The notes beneath the pieces were generated by a model. The model had not been told where the DNA came from and did not search any database. It saw nothing but the letters and a program-made list of their open reading frames with translations. Of a stretch of DNA of 64,000 nucleotides, positions 1 to 10,265 are shown piece by piece. This DNA comes from an uncultured Pseudomonadota bacterium (GTDB lineage Bacteria; Pseudomonadota; Alphaproteobacteria; RF32; CAG-239). The position numbers and the translations under genes were made by a program. The stretch spans positions 8,530-72,529 of the forward strand of contig CASDYX010000001.1 in the NCBI GenBank assembly GCA_949286215.1. The letters run 5' to 3'. Within the stretch, counting starts at the first letter, position 1, and the number at the start of each line of letters is the position of its first letter.

Positions 1-341
1 CCGGTCAGGCTCGTTCACCCAAAGAAGTGAAAGCTGGTTATGCGCCACAGTTGCCAATAGAGGGAATTATTGCGCAAAACGGCGGATTTGAAGGGGTTAG
101 AGCCAAAGAAGTGGCGGCTTTGATGTATTGGCAATTGGGCAAAAAAGAAACGGCTTTGGATGAAGATATTGATGAAGTGCTCAATAAGAATTTGACCAAT
201 TTGCGAGAGTTGGTGAGTTTGTTTGATTTTCAGGATACGGCTTATATCAGCAAGCCAAACCCAAAATATGCGCCCAAATATTCAGATTATGAGCATTTGG
301 CAAGAGTGAAAGAATGGTCGGTGGTGGAAGATGACGACTAA
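1..341 (+). CDS. addB: Double-strand break repair protein AddB, C-terminal part (5'-truncated by window edge)
   Basis: PQLPIE and YSDYEHLARVKEW C-terminal motifs typical of alphaproteobacterial AddB; overlaps the addA start. Confidence 0.85.
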   Translation, partial: GQARSPKEVKAGYAPQLPIEGIIAQNGGFEGVRAKEVAALMYWQLGKKETALDEDIDEVLNKNLTNLRELVSLFDFQDTAYISKPNPKYAPKYSDYEHLARVKEWSVVEDDD

Positions 342-3300
342 TAACGGCACAAATATGCAAGAAGAGGTTAAACTTCAGCGCGAAAAACGCGGAGGGCTGG
401 CAACTTTGCAACAAAGAAAAGCGGCTAATCCGTTACGCTCGGTGTGGGTGGAGGCTTCTGCCGGAACGGGCAAGACCAAGGTGTTGTCAGACAGAGTTTT
501 GAGAATTTTGTTAAATGGCGTAAAGCCTTCTAAAATTTTGTGCTTAACCTACACAAAAGCGGCGGCGGTGGAGATGAGCTCGCGTATTGCCGGAAGATTA
601 AGTCGTTGGGCGGTGGCAAGTGAAGATGATTTGCATAAAGAACTTCAGGCTTTGCTTGGACAACTTCCGGCCGAACAAAAAGATTATGCCAAGCTGGAGG
701 CAACGGCCAGGCAGCTGTTTGCGGTGTTACTTGATACACCCGGCGGCATGAAAATTCAGACTATTCATAGTTTTTGTCAGGAGATTTTGAAAAGATTTCC
801 GTTGGAGGCCAAAATATCACCTTATTTTGAGGTGATGGATGACAGAACCGCCGATGAGGCTTTGGCTGAAATTCAGCAAAAACTCCTCAAAAAAATTGAA
901 GACGAGCCCATGAGTGATGTGGCGCAGGCGTTGGGGTATTTAACCAAAAAAGTCAGCGAATTTAAGTTTCCGGAAATCATGGGAAGTTTGGCTGAGAATC
1001 GAAACAAAATCACTAAGCTCTTTTTGAATTACTCAAATAAGCAAGCATTGCTTGAAGCTTTGGCTGAAAGATTAGATGTTCGACTTGGCGATACGGAAGA
1101 ATCTTTGTTGGCTGAGTTTATGAAAAACATTAGCCGTAGTGATTTGAAGGCAGTACAAAATGCATGGTTTCAGGGTAGCTCAAGCGATGTGAAAAATGCC
1201 GAGATTTTGGCTGATTTAGCTGAAAGAGATTTTCCTCTGCAGGATTTTAAGGTTTATAAAAATCTGTTCTTAACTCAAGGAAAACCAAGAGCCAAAGCCG
1301 GAACAAAAGGCGCCTTGGCAAGTGAACCGCACTTGGAAGAGATTTTCTTTGGACAAGCGGAAAAATTGATTGAGCTGGAAAGCAAACTGGCGGCAGTTAG
1401 AGTTTTTGCCTCAACCTCGGCAGTGTTAACTTTGGCAGAAGAACTTATCGGCGGGTATAATTATTTTAAGAAAATCCACTCGAAAATGGATTATGAAGAT
1501 TTAATCGTCTTAACCAGAAATTTGCTGGAAGACAGAAGTGTTGCCGAGTGGGTGCTTTATAAGTTAGATGGCGGTATTGACCATGTTTTGATTGATGAGG
1601 CACAAGACACCTCGCCGAACCAATGGGCGATTATTCGCGCTTTGACCGATGGATTTTTTGATAATTTGGATGAGGTTAACAAAACAGTTTTTGCCGTTGG
1701 TGACCGCAAGCAATCTATTTATAGTTTTCAGGGCGCAGACCCCAAAGAATTTGATAAAATGCGCCAATATTTTGCAGAGAAAGCGCATAATTTTGATGAA
1801 GTAAAATTGGAGGTTTCGTTCCGCTCAACCGTGGCGGTGCTCGATTGTGTGAATATGGTTTTTGGAGATGATTATGCCAAAAGCGGTGTGATTTCGGAAG
1901 GAGAAGATATTACGCATATTCCTTTTCGTATCGGTGATGGCGGCAGAGTGGAACTTTGGCCGGTTGTTGAGCCGGAGGAGGGCGATAATCCCGATATGTG
2001 GCGTCCGCCGGTGGAAAGAGTGAGTGGGGTTTCGACCTCGTCTCGTTTGGCAAAAATGATAGCCTTAAAGATTAAACAATCGGTTGAAAGCGGTGATATT
2101 TTAATTTCGCAAAATCGGCCGGTCAGGTATCGCGATTTTATGATTTTGGTGCAACGGCGCAACAGTTTTGTAGAGGAAATGGTGCGCGAGTGCAAAAATG
2201 TCGGGGTTAATGTTGCGGGCGTTGATAAAATTAAATTGTTAGAGCAAATCGGGGTGCAAGATTTGGTGTCGTTGGGCAAGTTTTTGCTTTTACCCAGTGA
2301 TGATTTGACTTTGGCTGAAGTGCTGAAATCACCTCTTTTCGGGCTTGATGATGATGATTTGTTTGAGCTTTGCTATAACCGCAAAGGAGCATCTGTTTGG
2401 ACCAGATTGTGCGACAATAAAAAATATTTTGAAACCTATAAAAGCTTGCGTGAATTGTTGGATTTGGCGGATTATGTGCGTCCGTTTGAGCTGTATTCCA
2501 CGGTTTTGAATAAGCAAAAAGGGCGGTGGAAGTTTGTGCAACGTATGGGCTTGGAAGTTGAAGACGGTTTAGATGAATTTATGAATTTGACTTTGGCTTA
2601 TGAGCAAGAACATATTCCGACTTTGCAGGGCTTTATTCAATGGATTGGGTCTGATGAGGTTGAAATAAAACGTGAGTTGGAGCAAAGCGAGGCTGATGCA
2701 GTGCGGATTATGACAGTGCATGGCTCTAAGGGTTTGCAAGCGCCAATCGTGATTTTGCCGGATACTATCAGAATGGTTAATGTGCGCAAAGAAGGCGGTA
2801 TGCTTTGGGATGACGTGTTTTATTATCCCTTGTCATCGGCAGATTATGATAAAAACTGCATTAAAATTAAAGATGAAGAAGTATTGTTGGCCAATGAGGA
2901 ATACAAAAGATTGCTTTATGTGGCTTTGACACGTGCTGAAGACAGGTTGTGTGTTTGCGGGTATCGCAAGAAAAATGCCGAAAAAGATGAATCTTGGTAT
3001 GGAATCTGCAAAAAAGGTTTGAGCAAAATTGCCGAAGATGACGGTGCGGGCAATCTCCAATATCAAAACGAGCAAGTATTGGAAGTGAAGAAAAAAGGTG
3101 TTTCTCAGGTAAGAGATTTTATTAGACCTGAGTTTCCATGGATAAGCGAGGATGCTCCGGAGGAAAATCCGCTTGCAAAGCCTTATACGCCGTCTAAACC
3201 AGATGAAGATGAAAGTGACGTGGCTTTGGTTTCTCCTATTGGGGAGGACGGGGCGAATCGTTATCAACGCGGACGGATTATTCATAAATTGTTGCAATTT

Positions 3301-3723
3301 TTGCCTGATGTTCAAACTCTTGATAAAAGGCAGGTGATTGCCGAATTCTTGGCTAAAAACGCGCCTGAATATTCTCATGCGCAAGTTGAACGAATCCAAA
3401 ACGAAATTATGAAATTATTGGAAAACGAACAATTTGGAAAATTGTTTGGTGCGGATTCAAAGGCCGAAGTTCCGGTTATCGGTGAGGTTGATGGCAAGAT
3501 TATTTCCGGTCAGATTGACCGTTTGGTGGTGAGTGGTGATGAGGTCTTGATTGTTGACTTTAAGACTAATCGTCCGGCGGCTAAAACTTTGGCCGAAGTG
3601 CCGGAAGTTTATTTTAAGCAGTTGCGGGCTTATAAGTCTTTGCTTGAAAAAATTTATCAAGGAAAATCAATCAAAACCTTTTTGTTATGGACTGATACAA
3701 CCCAAATTATGCAGATAGAGTGA
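331..3723 (+). CDS. addA: Double-strand break repair helicase-nuclease AddA
   Basis: Walker A ASAGTGKT, DEAQD, VGDRKQSIYSFQGA, MTVHGSKGL, YVALTRA; C-terminal PD-(D/E)XK nuclease (GQIDRL...VDFKT). Confidence 0.95.
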   Translation: MTTNNGTNMQEEVKLQREKRGGLATLQQRKAANPLRSVWVEASAGTGKTKVLSDRVLRILLNGVKPSKILCLTYTKAAAVEMSSRIAGRLSRWAVASEDDLHKELQALLGQLPAEQKDYAKLEATARQLFAVLLDTPGGMKIQTIHSFCQEILKRFPLEAKISPYFEVMDDRTADEALAEIQQKLLKKIEDEPMSDVAQALGYLTKKVSEFKFPEIMGSLAENRNKITKLFLNYSNKQALLEALAERLDVRLGDTEESLLAEFMKNISRSDLKAVQNAWFQGSSSDVKNAEILADLAERDFPLQDFKVYKNLFLTQGKPRAKAGTKGALASEPHLEEIFFGQAEKLIELESKLAAVRVFASTSAVLTLAEELIGGYNYFKKIHSKMDYEDLIVLTRNLLEDRSVAEWVLYKLDGGIDHVLIDEAQDTSPNQWAIIRALTDGFFDNLDEVNKTVFAVGDRKQSIYSFQGADPKEFDKMRQYFAEKAHNFDEVKLEVSFRSTVAVLDCVNMVFGDDYAKSGVISEGEDITHIPFRIGDGGRVELWPVVEPEEGDNPDMWRPPVERVSGVSTSSRLAKMIALKIKQSVESGDILISQNRPVRYRDFMILVQRRNSFVEEMVRECKNVGVNVAGVDKIKLLEQIGVQDLVSLGKFLLLPSDDLTLAEVLKSPLFGLDDDDLFELCYNRKGASVWTRLCDNKKYFETYKSLRELLDLADYVRPFELYSTVLNKQKGRWKFVQRMGLEVEDGLDEFMNLTLAYEQEHIPTLQGFIQWIGSDEVEIKRELEQSEADAVRIMTVHGSKGLQAPIVILPDTIRMVNVRKEGGMLWDDVFYYPLSSADYDKNCIKIKDEEVLLANEEYKRLLYVALTRAEDRLCVCGYRKKNAEKDESWYGICKKGLSKIAEDDGAGNLQYQNEQVLEVKKKGVSQVRDFIRPEFPWISEDAPEENPLAKPYTPSKPDEDESDVALVSPIGEDGANRYQRGRIIHKLLQFLPDVQTLDKRQVIAEFLAKNAPEYSHAQVERIQNEIMKLLENEQFGKLFGADSKAEVPVIGEVDGKIISGQIDRLVVSGDEVLIVDFKTNRPAAKTLAEVPEVYFKQLRAYKSLLEKIYQGKSIKTFLLWTDTTQIMQIE

Positions 3724-3802
3724 GGTTTTTTGATAATAAGTCTTTAATAAATATTTTTTTCAATTATATTAGACGTATCTTGAATTAAAACTATGGGAGT
3801 AA

Positions 3803-4123
3803 ATGACTATGAAACAGATTACTGACAGCCAGTTTGAAGATGAAGTATTGAAAGCTAAAGGGCTGGTTTTGGTTGATTTTTGGGCTGAGTGGTGCGGTCC
3901 TTGCCGTCAATTGGGTCCGATTTTGGAAGAAGTTTCTAAAGAAATGGGCGACAAATGCCAAATTTGCAAAATGAACGTTGATGAATCTCCTAATACTGCC
4001 GCTCAATATGGAATCCGCAGTATTCCGACAATGTTCTTGTTTAAGGACGGAAAACAAGTTGACGTTAAAGTTGGTTTGAATTCTCAATCAACTTTGGTTA
4101 GTTGGTTAAATTCTCATCTCTAA
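3803..4123 (+). CDS. trxA: Thioredoxin
   Basis: WCGPC active site, 106 aa; addA-trxA synteny. Confidence 0.95.
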   Translation: MTMKQITDSQFEDEVLKAKGLVLVDFWAEWCGPCRQLGPILEEVSKEMGDKCQICKMNVDESPNTAAQYGIRSIPTMFLFKDGKQVDVKVGLNSQSTLVSWLNSHL

Positions 4124-4142
4124 TCGTTAGAGTAAGTATTAT

Positions 4143-4174
4143 AAAAAATCCCTAAAAACTTTAGGGATTTTTTT
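4143..4174. terminator. Intrinsic terminator after trxA (bidirectional type)
   Basis: aaaaaatccctaaa/tttagggatttttt inverted repeat with A and T tracts. Confidence 0.8.
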
Positions 4175-4194
4175 GTTGTTTATTTTATAGAAAC

Positions 4195-4231
4195 AAAAAA
4201 AACACCTCTGAAATTATCAGAGGTGTTTTTT
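4195..4231. terminator. Intrinsic terminator after rplI (bidirectional type)
   Basis: aaaaaacacctctga/tcagaggtgtttttt inverted repeat. Confidence 0.8.
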
Positions 4232-4255
4232 ATTGCAAAAGTTTTTAGAAAACTT

Positions 4256-4750
4256 TTATTCTGCCGGAGAGTAAGCCTTTGCTTGCTTCTTAGCTTCATC
4301 TTCTGTTCTGGCAACGTTTACCAAAATAGTTTGTGAAACTTCAGGGTGCAAGTTAAGTTTTACTTCGTAAACACCCAAGTCTTTAATGGTGTTTTCGAGG
4401 TAAACACAACGGCGTTCTACATCAAAACCAGAAGCTTTAATTGCAGCGGCAATGTCACGGATGGTAACAGAACCATACAATTGTCCGGTTTCAGCTGCTT
4501 GACGAATCAATACAGCGCTGTAACCTTTCAAAGCTTCAGCTTTAGCAGTAGCAGCATCCAACAATTGTTTGTTGTGAGCTTCTAACTCGGCTTTTTGTTT
4601 TTCAAAATAAGCAACGTTTGCTTCTGTTGCGCGCAATGCTTTGTTTTGTGGCAAAAGGTAGTTACGGGCATAACCGTTCTTTACGTTTACTTTGTCGCCC
4701 ATTTTACCTAATTTATCGACATGTTCCAAAAGGATAATTTCCATAGTCAT
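4256..4750 (-). CDS. rplI: 50S ribosomal protein L9
   Basis: VKNGYARNYLLP, GQLYGSVT; rpsF-rpsR-rplI order. Confidence 0.95.
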   Translation of the reverse strand: MTMEIILLEHVDKLGKMGDKVNVKNGYARNYLLPQNKALRATEANVAYFEKQKAELEAHNKQLLDAATAKAEALKGYSAVLIRQAAETGQLYGSVTIRDIAAAIKASGFDVERRCVYLENTIKDLGVYEVKLNLHPEVSQTILVNVARTEDEAKKQAKAYSPAE

Positions 4751-4759
4751 TCTCCTTCA

Positions 4760-4987
4760 CTATTGAGCAACAAACGGCAACAAGCCGATGTAACGAGCAC
4801 GTTTGATTGCCTTAGCCAATTCTCTTTGTTTCTTTGCGGAAACAGAGGTGATGCGGCTAGGAATAATTTTACCTTTTTCAGAGATGTATCTTGAAAGCAA
4901 TTTTACATCTTTGTAGTCGATTTTGAGACCGTCTTCACCTGAAAACGGGCAAGCTTTTTTTCTCTTAAAGAAAACTTGTTTAGCCAT
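4760..4987 (-). CDS. rpsR: 30S ribosomal protein S18
   Basis: [20 protein letters not shown] motifs. Confidence 0.95.
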   Translation of the reverse strand: MAKQVFFKRKKACPFSGEDGLKIDYKDVKLLSRYISEKGKIIPSRITSVSAKKQRELAKAIKRARYIGLLPFVAQ

Positions 4988-4998
4988 TACGTCCTCTC

Positions 4999-5334
4999 CT
5001 ATTCTTCAACTGAATCTTTGTCGCTGGAAGATGAAGAATCTTCACTGAATTCATCAACTTTAATCGTCATGTAACGAATAATATCTTCGTTGAAACGCAT
5101 AATTCTTTCAAATTCTGCGATTGCTTTTGCCGGAGCGGCAATGTTCATTACAACGTAGTGACCTTTGCGGTTTTTCTTAATGCGATAAGCGAGATTTTTT
5201 AAACCCCAGTTATCAACGCGAACAACCTCGCCGCCTTCTTTTTTGATTACGTCGCTCAAGTCAGATACGATTGAGCTTACTTGAGAGGCACCGAGATCTT
5301 GACGTGCAATCAGCACGCTTTCATAATTTGCCAT
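4999..5334 (-). CDS. rpsF: 30S ribosomal protein S6
   Basis: YE...[18 protein letters not shown]. Confidence 0.95.
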   Translation of the reverse strand: MANYESVLIARQDLGASQVSSIVSDLSDVIKKEGGEVVRVDNWGLKNLAYRIKKNRKGHYVVMNIAAPAKAIAEFERIMRFNEDIIRYMTIKVDEFSEDSSSSSDKDSVEE

Positions 5335-5430
5335 ATATAAATCTCCTTATGGATTCTCAACAAATAGCCGACCTTATTGGCCGACCGGTTAATGTATAGC
5401 CGATATTCTCATACCGGCAAGGACGCTGGA
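5335..5430 (-). promoter_or_regulatory. Putative S6:S18 autoregulatory leader of rpsF
   Basis: On the minus strand, gtccttgccgg can pair with the SD (aaggag) and lies next to a CCG; the position matches known S6:S18 leaders. Confidence 0.4.
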
Positions 5431-5530
5431 AATATACAACAAAAACCATAAATTTCAAGCATTATTTAAATATAAATTAATCTTTTTGAGCTAAAAATAG
5501 CTTAAATTATCACTATAAACCGGTTGTGAA

Positions 5531-5860
5531 ATGAAAAAATGTTATCTTGCCATATTCGGATTGCTCCTGCTTGGTGCTTGTATGAACCAAGTTGAAACAA
5601 CTTCTATACAGCCGCAGAGGCGCTTTCGCTATGCTAATGAGGAAACAGAAATTAGTCTGTTGCAGCCCTTTACGCGTGTGATTGTTAGATGCTATTCCAC
5701 CAAATATGAACCGGCTGAAACTTGCGCCCAATTCTTTGAAGAAAAAGGATATGTGCGTTTTCGTAATATTCCTTATAAAACCGCTAATTATGACTTTTTG
5801 AAGGCAAACGGGTATCCCACACGTCGTTGGCGTCCGGGCGAAATTACCCCGCGTTGGTAG
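5531..5860 (+). CDS. Hypothetical lipoprotein
   Basis: Signal peptide with LLGA-C lipobox; 12 bp upstream of the comM-like gene. Confidence 0.7.
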   Translation: MKKCYLAIFGLLLLGACMNQVETTSIQPQRRFRYANEETEISLLQPFTRVIVRCYSTKYEPAETCAQFFEEKGYVRFRNIPYKTANYDFLKANGYPTRRWRPGEITPRW

Positions 5861-5872
5861 CAGGTTAAAACA

Positions 5873-7396
5873 ATGCTGGCAAGAGTTAACACAGTTGCTT
5901 TTAATGGATTGGAAGTTTTAGATGTTGATTTGCAGGTTCAAATTTCTTCAGGTTTGCCTGCATTTACTATCGTTGGTTTGCCTGACAAAGCCGTCGCCGA
6001 GAGCAAAGAAAGGGTTAGAGCTGCCCTACAATCTTTGGGGCTTTCTTTACCGGCCAAAAGAATTACCATTAACTTGGCTCCTGCAGATATGCTCAAAGAA
6101 GGTTCTCATTTTGACTTGCCGGTGGCTTTAGGCCTGTTGGCGGGTATGGGCGTTGTGCCGCAAGAAGAGCTATCGGGCTATGTGGTGTTAGGAGAACTTG
6201 GTTTAGATGGCTCAATCATTTCGGTCAACGGGGTGTTGCCGGTTGCAATTCATGCCAATTCTTTAGGTAAAGGGATTATTTGCCCTGAAGCACAAGGGGC
6301 AGAGGCAATGTGGTCTGGTATTAAAGACATTTTGGCAACCGATAATCTCTTAAATCTTATCAATCATTTCAAAGGAAAAGGTAATATTCCTTTACCAAAA
6401 ATAGTGGAACAAAAGCCTGATTTCGGCACTTTGGATATGAGTGACGTAAAGGGTCAAGAAAATGCCAAAAGAGCCTTGGAAATTGCTGCGGCGGGCGGGC
6501 ATAATTTGTTGATGTCAGGTCCTCCGGGAGCCGGAAAATCTATGCTTGCGGCAAGGCTGCCTTCAATTTTGCCGCCTTTAACCCCGCAAGAGGCGCTTGA
6601 AACCAGTATGATTCACTCTATTGCAGGAGAGCTCAAAGACGGCAAACTTTGCTTTAATCGTCCGTATCGTGACCCGCATCATTCGGCGTCAACGCCGGCT
6701 CTGGTTGGCGGTGGTCGCAAAGGAATTCCGGGCGAGATTTCTTTAGCTCACAATGGGATTTTGTTTTTAGATGAGTTGCCGGAGTTCAACCGCTCTACAT
6801 TAGAGGCTTTACGTCAACCTCTTGAAAACGGCTATGTAACAATCTCGCGCGTTAATGCGCATACGGTTTACCCGGCTAAATTTCAGTTGATTGCCGCTAT
6901 GAATCCTTGTCGGTGCGGAAATTTCGGTAATCCCGAGTTGGAATGTCCAAGAGCACCTAAATGTGCCGAAGAATATTTGGCAAAATTATCGGGACCGTTG
7001 CTCGACCGTATTGATATTCATATTGATGTTCCGGCGGTTAGCCCGTGGGAAATGGCTGATGTGAAGAAAGGTGAAACTTCGGCTGTTATTAGAGAAAGAG
7101 TTATTCAAGCCCGTGAAATTCAAAGACAAAGATTTATTAAACTTGATGAGCCGCAACTTACAACTAATTCTCAGCTCAGAGGGCAACTTTTGGAAGATGT
7201 TACCAAGCTGGATCATGATGCTGAAGAGCTGCTTATCTCTTTTGCAAATAAAAATCATCTCTCGGCGAGGGCTTATCATCGCACTTTGCGGTTAGCAAGA
7301 ACAATTGCGGACTTGCAAAATAGTACAAACGTTCTTAAAATGCATATTGCCGAAGCTCTGTCTTATCGAAGAAAACAATCGGCGAAAACACGTTAG
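5873..7396 (+). CDS. comM: YifB/ComM family Mg-chelatase-like AAA ATPase
   Basis: VGLPD...ESKERV, GPPGAGKS, PHHSAS, LFLDE, AAMNPC, GPLLDRID. Confidence 0.9.
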   Translation: MLARVNTVAFNGLEVLDVDLQVQISSGLPAFTIVGLPDKAVAESKERVRAALQSLGLSLPAKRITINLAPADMLKEGSHFDLPVALGLLAGMGVVPQEELSGYVVLGELGLDGSIISVNGVLPVAIHANSLGKGIICPEAQGAEAMWSGIKDILATDNLLNLINHFKGKGNIPLPKIVEQKPDFGTLDMSDVKGQENAKRALEIAAAGGHNLLMSGPPGAGKSMLAARLPSILPPLTPQEALETSMIHSIAGELKDGKLCFNRPYRDPHHSASTPALVGGGRKGIPGEISLAHNGILFLDELPEFNRSTLEALRQPLENGYVTISRVNAHTVYPAKFQLIAAMNPCRCGNFGNPELECPRAPKCAEEYLAKLSGPLLDRIDIHIDVPAVSPWEMADVKKGETSAVIRERVIQAREIQRQRFIKLDEPQLTTNSQLRGQLLEDVTKLDHDAEELLISFANKNHLSARAYHRTLRLARTIADLQNSTNVLKMHIAEALSYRRKQSAKTR

Positions 7397-7408
7397 GAGC
7401 CATAGTTA

Positions 7409-10147
7409 ATGAAAATTATAAAATCTGCGCTAGTGATAACTTTTATAACCTTGCTTGCCATGAGTGTCGGAAATCCGGCATACTCAAGCGATACCGGCGA
7501 AGTAAAAATAATCAGTCGGCAGATTGATAGAAATCTTGAACGTGCTTATGGGGAGACAGAAGCCAGACGGGCAACTTTTAAAAATAACTTTAAACCAAAT
7601 CCAAAAAAATCAAATCGTAAATTTTCAGGTCCGATGTTTGGTGACAATGATTGCACCAGACGCTCTTGCGGAGGGGCTATGTTTGGACCGCAGACCTGTA
7701 AGAAAATTGAAATTCCTTGTGAAGATTGCGGCGTGGCTCCCAAACCGGTTAAACCTCGTCCGAATATCAAAAATTATGTAACCCTGGAAGAAGATATTTT
7801 TGAAGGTATTCATCATCGTTGCGGTGATTTTGCTCCTTTGCAATTAGAATGGGTTGATTTTCGTATTAAAAAAGGTCGTGATGTCGGTTATTCACGCAAT
7901 TTGGGAAATTACAGATTTCGGATTTTTGGCTGCCGACGCGACCAAAAACATGCCATTTTAAATGAAGGGCGGATTATGCAAAAAGATATGCAGTTTATCC
8001 GCATTTTTGAGGACAAAGTTAAAGACTGTTATAATATTGTGAAAATTCCGAATGATTTGTGTTTGGATAATACAAATAAACCTTTGCCGGAATATGTCTT
8101 AACCGCAGAAATTACCGACTATTTTATGAATTTGTGCGATGAATATGATTGGAATGACGCAAAAAAAGAAAATTTGCGCACCGGTTCGGCTCAAATGACC
8201 ATTACATGGCGTTTGATGGATTTGAGCAAATCCAATGTGTTGTGGAAAGGAACGTCTGAAGGATATTCCGAAGTGAAAGACGGCGAATATAATGCCGAAA
8301 TGATTTTGATTGAGCGTGCCTTTGCCGATGCCGTTGATAATTTGCGTCAATTACCTGGTTTTGAGGCTCAGTTGGCTGTTCGCCAAAATCCTGATGATTT
8401 GGCTGAACAAAAACAAGCCCTTATTGCAATGGAAAGACTTAATGACCCTGTTAAGTGTCAATATCAACCAGAGCTTGAAAAAGCACAAACGGTTTGCCCG
8501 TTGACGGCTGAGTCTGAAGTTGAAGAAAAAGGCGGTGTTGTTGCCGACGGTAAGGCTTGTCCGGCTAATACCAATCCTGAATTATTGGCGTTTTGTCCGG
8601 CGGATAATCCGAATTGTAACGGTAGTTTGGAAGAATTAACTTTGAGCCAAAAGCAAACTCCGCAAGACCAAACTTTGGTGGTTGAGAGTGTTAATGCAAC
8701 ACCGGTTGACGAAGACGGAAATGCCGTTGATATGGGTGGCGGAGCATTCAATCAGGGTGATTTTGCTCAACAAGCTGGTAACGCAGAAGAAGCTAGCGGC
8801 GTTGTTGATATGGGCGGTGGTTTGAGTGAGCGTGAAGCTGAAATTGCCGAAGCTGCTGCAAGAGCAAAAGAAAGAACCGTTCAATATGAGATGGCTGAAA
8901 ATACTCAAGATTTCTGCCCGTTGGATGAAGACGGTAATCCGCAATGCGGAGATGAAGTGGCTGTTGCCGAAGCTCCGGTTACGCCTCCGACTGAATTTGA
9001 GGAAGAATTTAACCAAGCCGATATGTTTATTGAGGGTGAAAGTGCCGAAGAAGGTGTTTGGGAGGATGTTCCTTGTGACCAATTGTCTCCTGATGATCCG
9101 AATTATTGCGAGCCATCATTATTTGCTTTCTTGCACGAGAAAGATTTGAGTTGTGAGCCATCAATCTTTGATAAGATGTTTGGAACTACGCCGTCTTGTG
9201 CTTTGGAAGCAGAACAAGTGATTGAAACTTCAGATTTTGTTGAAGAAGGTTGCAATGGTGTTGCTTGCGGTATTGAAGAAAGCTGTGGTTTGGAATCTTG
9301 CGGTGTTCAAGAAATTGAGGAAAGCTCCGGCTTTGTTGATATGAGTGGTGAAAGCACTGTTGATGGTCAATCTTGGACGACATTGGAAGTTGCTCCGGAA
9401 GAAACGCAAGATATGTTGGAGAGAAATCAACTCTGCATTATCAATCGTGGACCTTATGATAAACTCACTCCTGAGAATATTTATAAAGTTCGTGCCTCGG
9501 TAGTCGGTGTTACTAATGCCAATGGTGTTAAAGGTGCCGGATTGCTGATTTCTGACCAATTTATCTTAACCTCGGCTGATTTGGTAGTTAAAGATAATAA
9601 TCGCTACACAATTAAGACGATTAACGGGGTTGAGATGAGTGGTCGTGCAGTTCGCGCTAATATCAAAAAGAACACGGCTCTCATCTTGTTAGACGAGAAG
9701 ACCAAGTTTACACCTTTGTCTTTGAACTTGGAGTTACCGACAGTCGGTCAAGGCGGTTTCATGGCCTTGGGCTTGTTTGAAGATGAAGAAGGCGGCGAAG
9801 GATATCTTGATAACAAAGGTAAAGTCAGCGGCTATCGCTACTCCGATGAAAAAGGAACCGAAGTTATTGTTGATACCTTTGTTCAACAAGTTACAATCGG
9901 TAGCGTGTTGATTGATAAAAACGGAACAATTGTCGGCTTGTCTCACATCAGCAAACAAGGAAGTGATGATTCCGACTTGTTCTTGCCGATTAGCACGGCA
10001 ATCAACTCGGTTGGTTTGGATATTTGCGGACAAATTGCAAAGGCTCCGAAAGTACCGATGGCCGTGATTAAGCCGGTATCAACCGCAATTGATAGTTTCA
10101 CCGGTTCTAAAGAACCAAAACCGATGAATGTCAAAGGTCGTAAATAA
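7409..10147 (+). CDS. Large secreted protein: N-terminal alpha/beta domain, acidic Cys-rich linker, C-terminal degenerate trypsin-like domain
   Basis: Signal peptide; C-terminal trypsin-fold pattern (GAGLLI...ILTSADLV, TALI, GTIVGL) without the catalytic triad. Confidence 0.6.
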   Translation: MKIIKSALVITFITLLAMSVGNPAYSSDTGEVKIISRQIDRNLERAYGETEARRATFKNNFKPNPKKSNRKFSGPMFGDNDCTRRSCGGAMFGPQTCKKIEIPCEDCGVAPKPVKPRPNIKNYVTLEEDIFEGIHHRCGDFAPLQLEWVDFRIKKGRDVGYSRNLGNYRFRIFGCRRDQKHAILNEGRIMQKDMQFIRIFEDKVKDCYNIVKIPNDLCLDNTNKPLPEYVLTAEITDYFMNLCDEYDWNDAKKENLRTGSAQMTITWRLMDLSKSNVLWKGTSEGYSEVKDGEYNAEMILIERAFADAVDNLRQLPGFEAQLAVRQNPDDLAEQKQALIAMERLNDPVKCQYQPELEKAQTVCPLTAESEVEEKGGVVADGKACPANTNPELLAFCPADNPNCNGSLEELTLSQKQTPQDQTLVVESVNATPVDEDGNAVDMGGGAFNQGDFAQQAGNAEEASGVVDMGGGLSEREAEIAEAAARAKERTVQYEMAENTQDFCPLDEDGNPQCGDEVAVAEAPVTPPTEFEEEFNQADMFIEGESAEEGVWEDVPCDQLSPDDPNYCEPSLFAFLHEKDLSCEPSIFDKMFGTTPSCALEAEQVIETSDFVEEGCNGVACGIEESCGLESCGVQEIEESSGFVDMSGESTVDGQSWTTLEVAPEETQDMLERNQLCIINRGPYDKLTPENIYKVRASVVGVTNANGVKGAGLLISDQFILTSADLVVKDNNRYTIKTINGVEMSGRAVRANIKKNTALILLDEKTKFTPLSLNLELPTVGQGGFMALGLFEDEEGGEGYLDNKGKVSGYRYSDEKGTEVIVDTFVQQVTIGSVLIDKNGTIVGLSHISKQGSDDSDLFLPISTAINSVGLDICGQIAKAPKVPMAVIKPVSTAIDSFTGSKEPKPMNVKGRK

Positions 10148-10151
10148 GTTA

Positions 10152-10182
10152 AAGCCCCTGCTAAAAAGCGGGGGCTATTTTT
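10152..10182 (+). terminator. Intrinsic terminator
   Basis: agcccc(t)gc/gcggggct stem followed by atttt. Confidence 0.65.
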
Positions 10183-10265
10183 ATGATTAAAGCTAAAATA
10201 GACTTGCAAAAGTAAAGAGTTTTACCTAAATATTATAAGAAATAAAAATATCAAAGGGAAAATAA

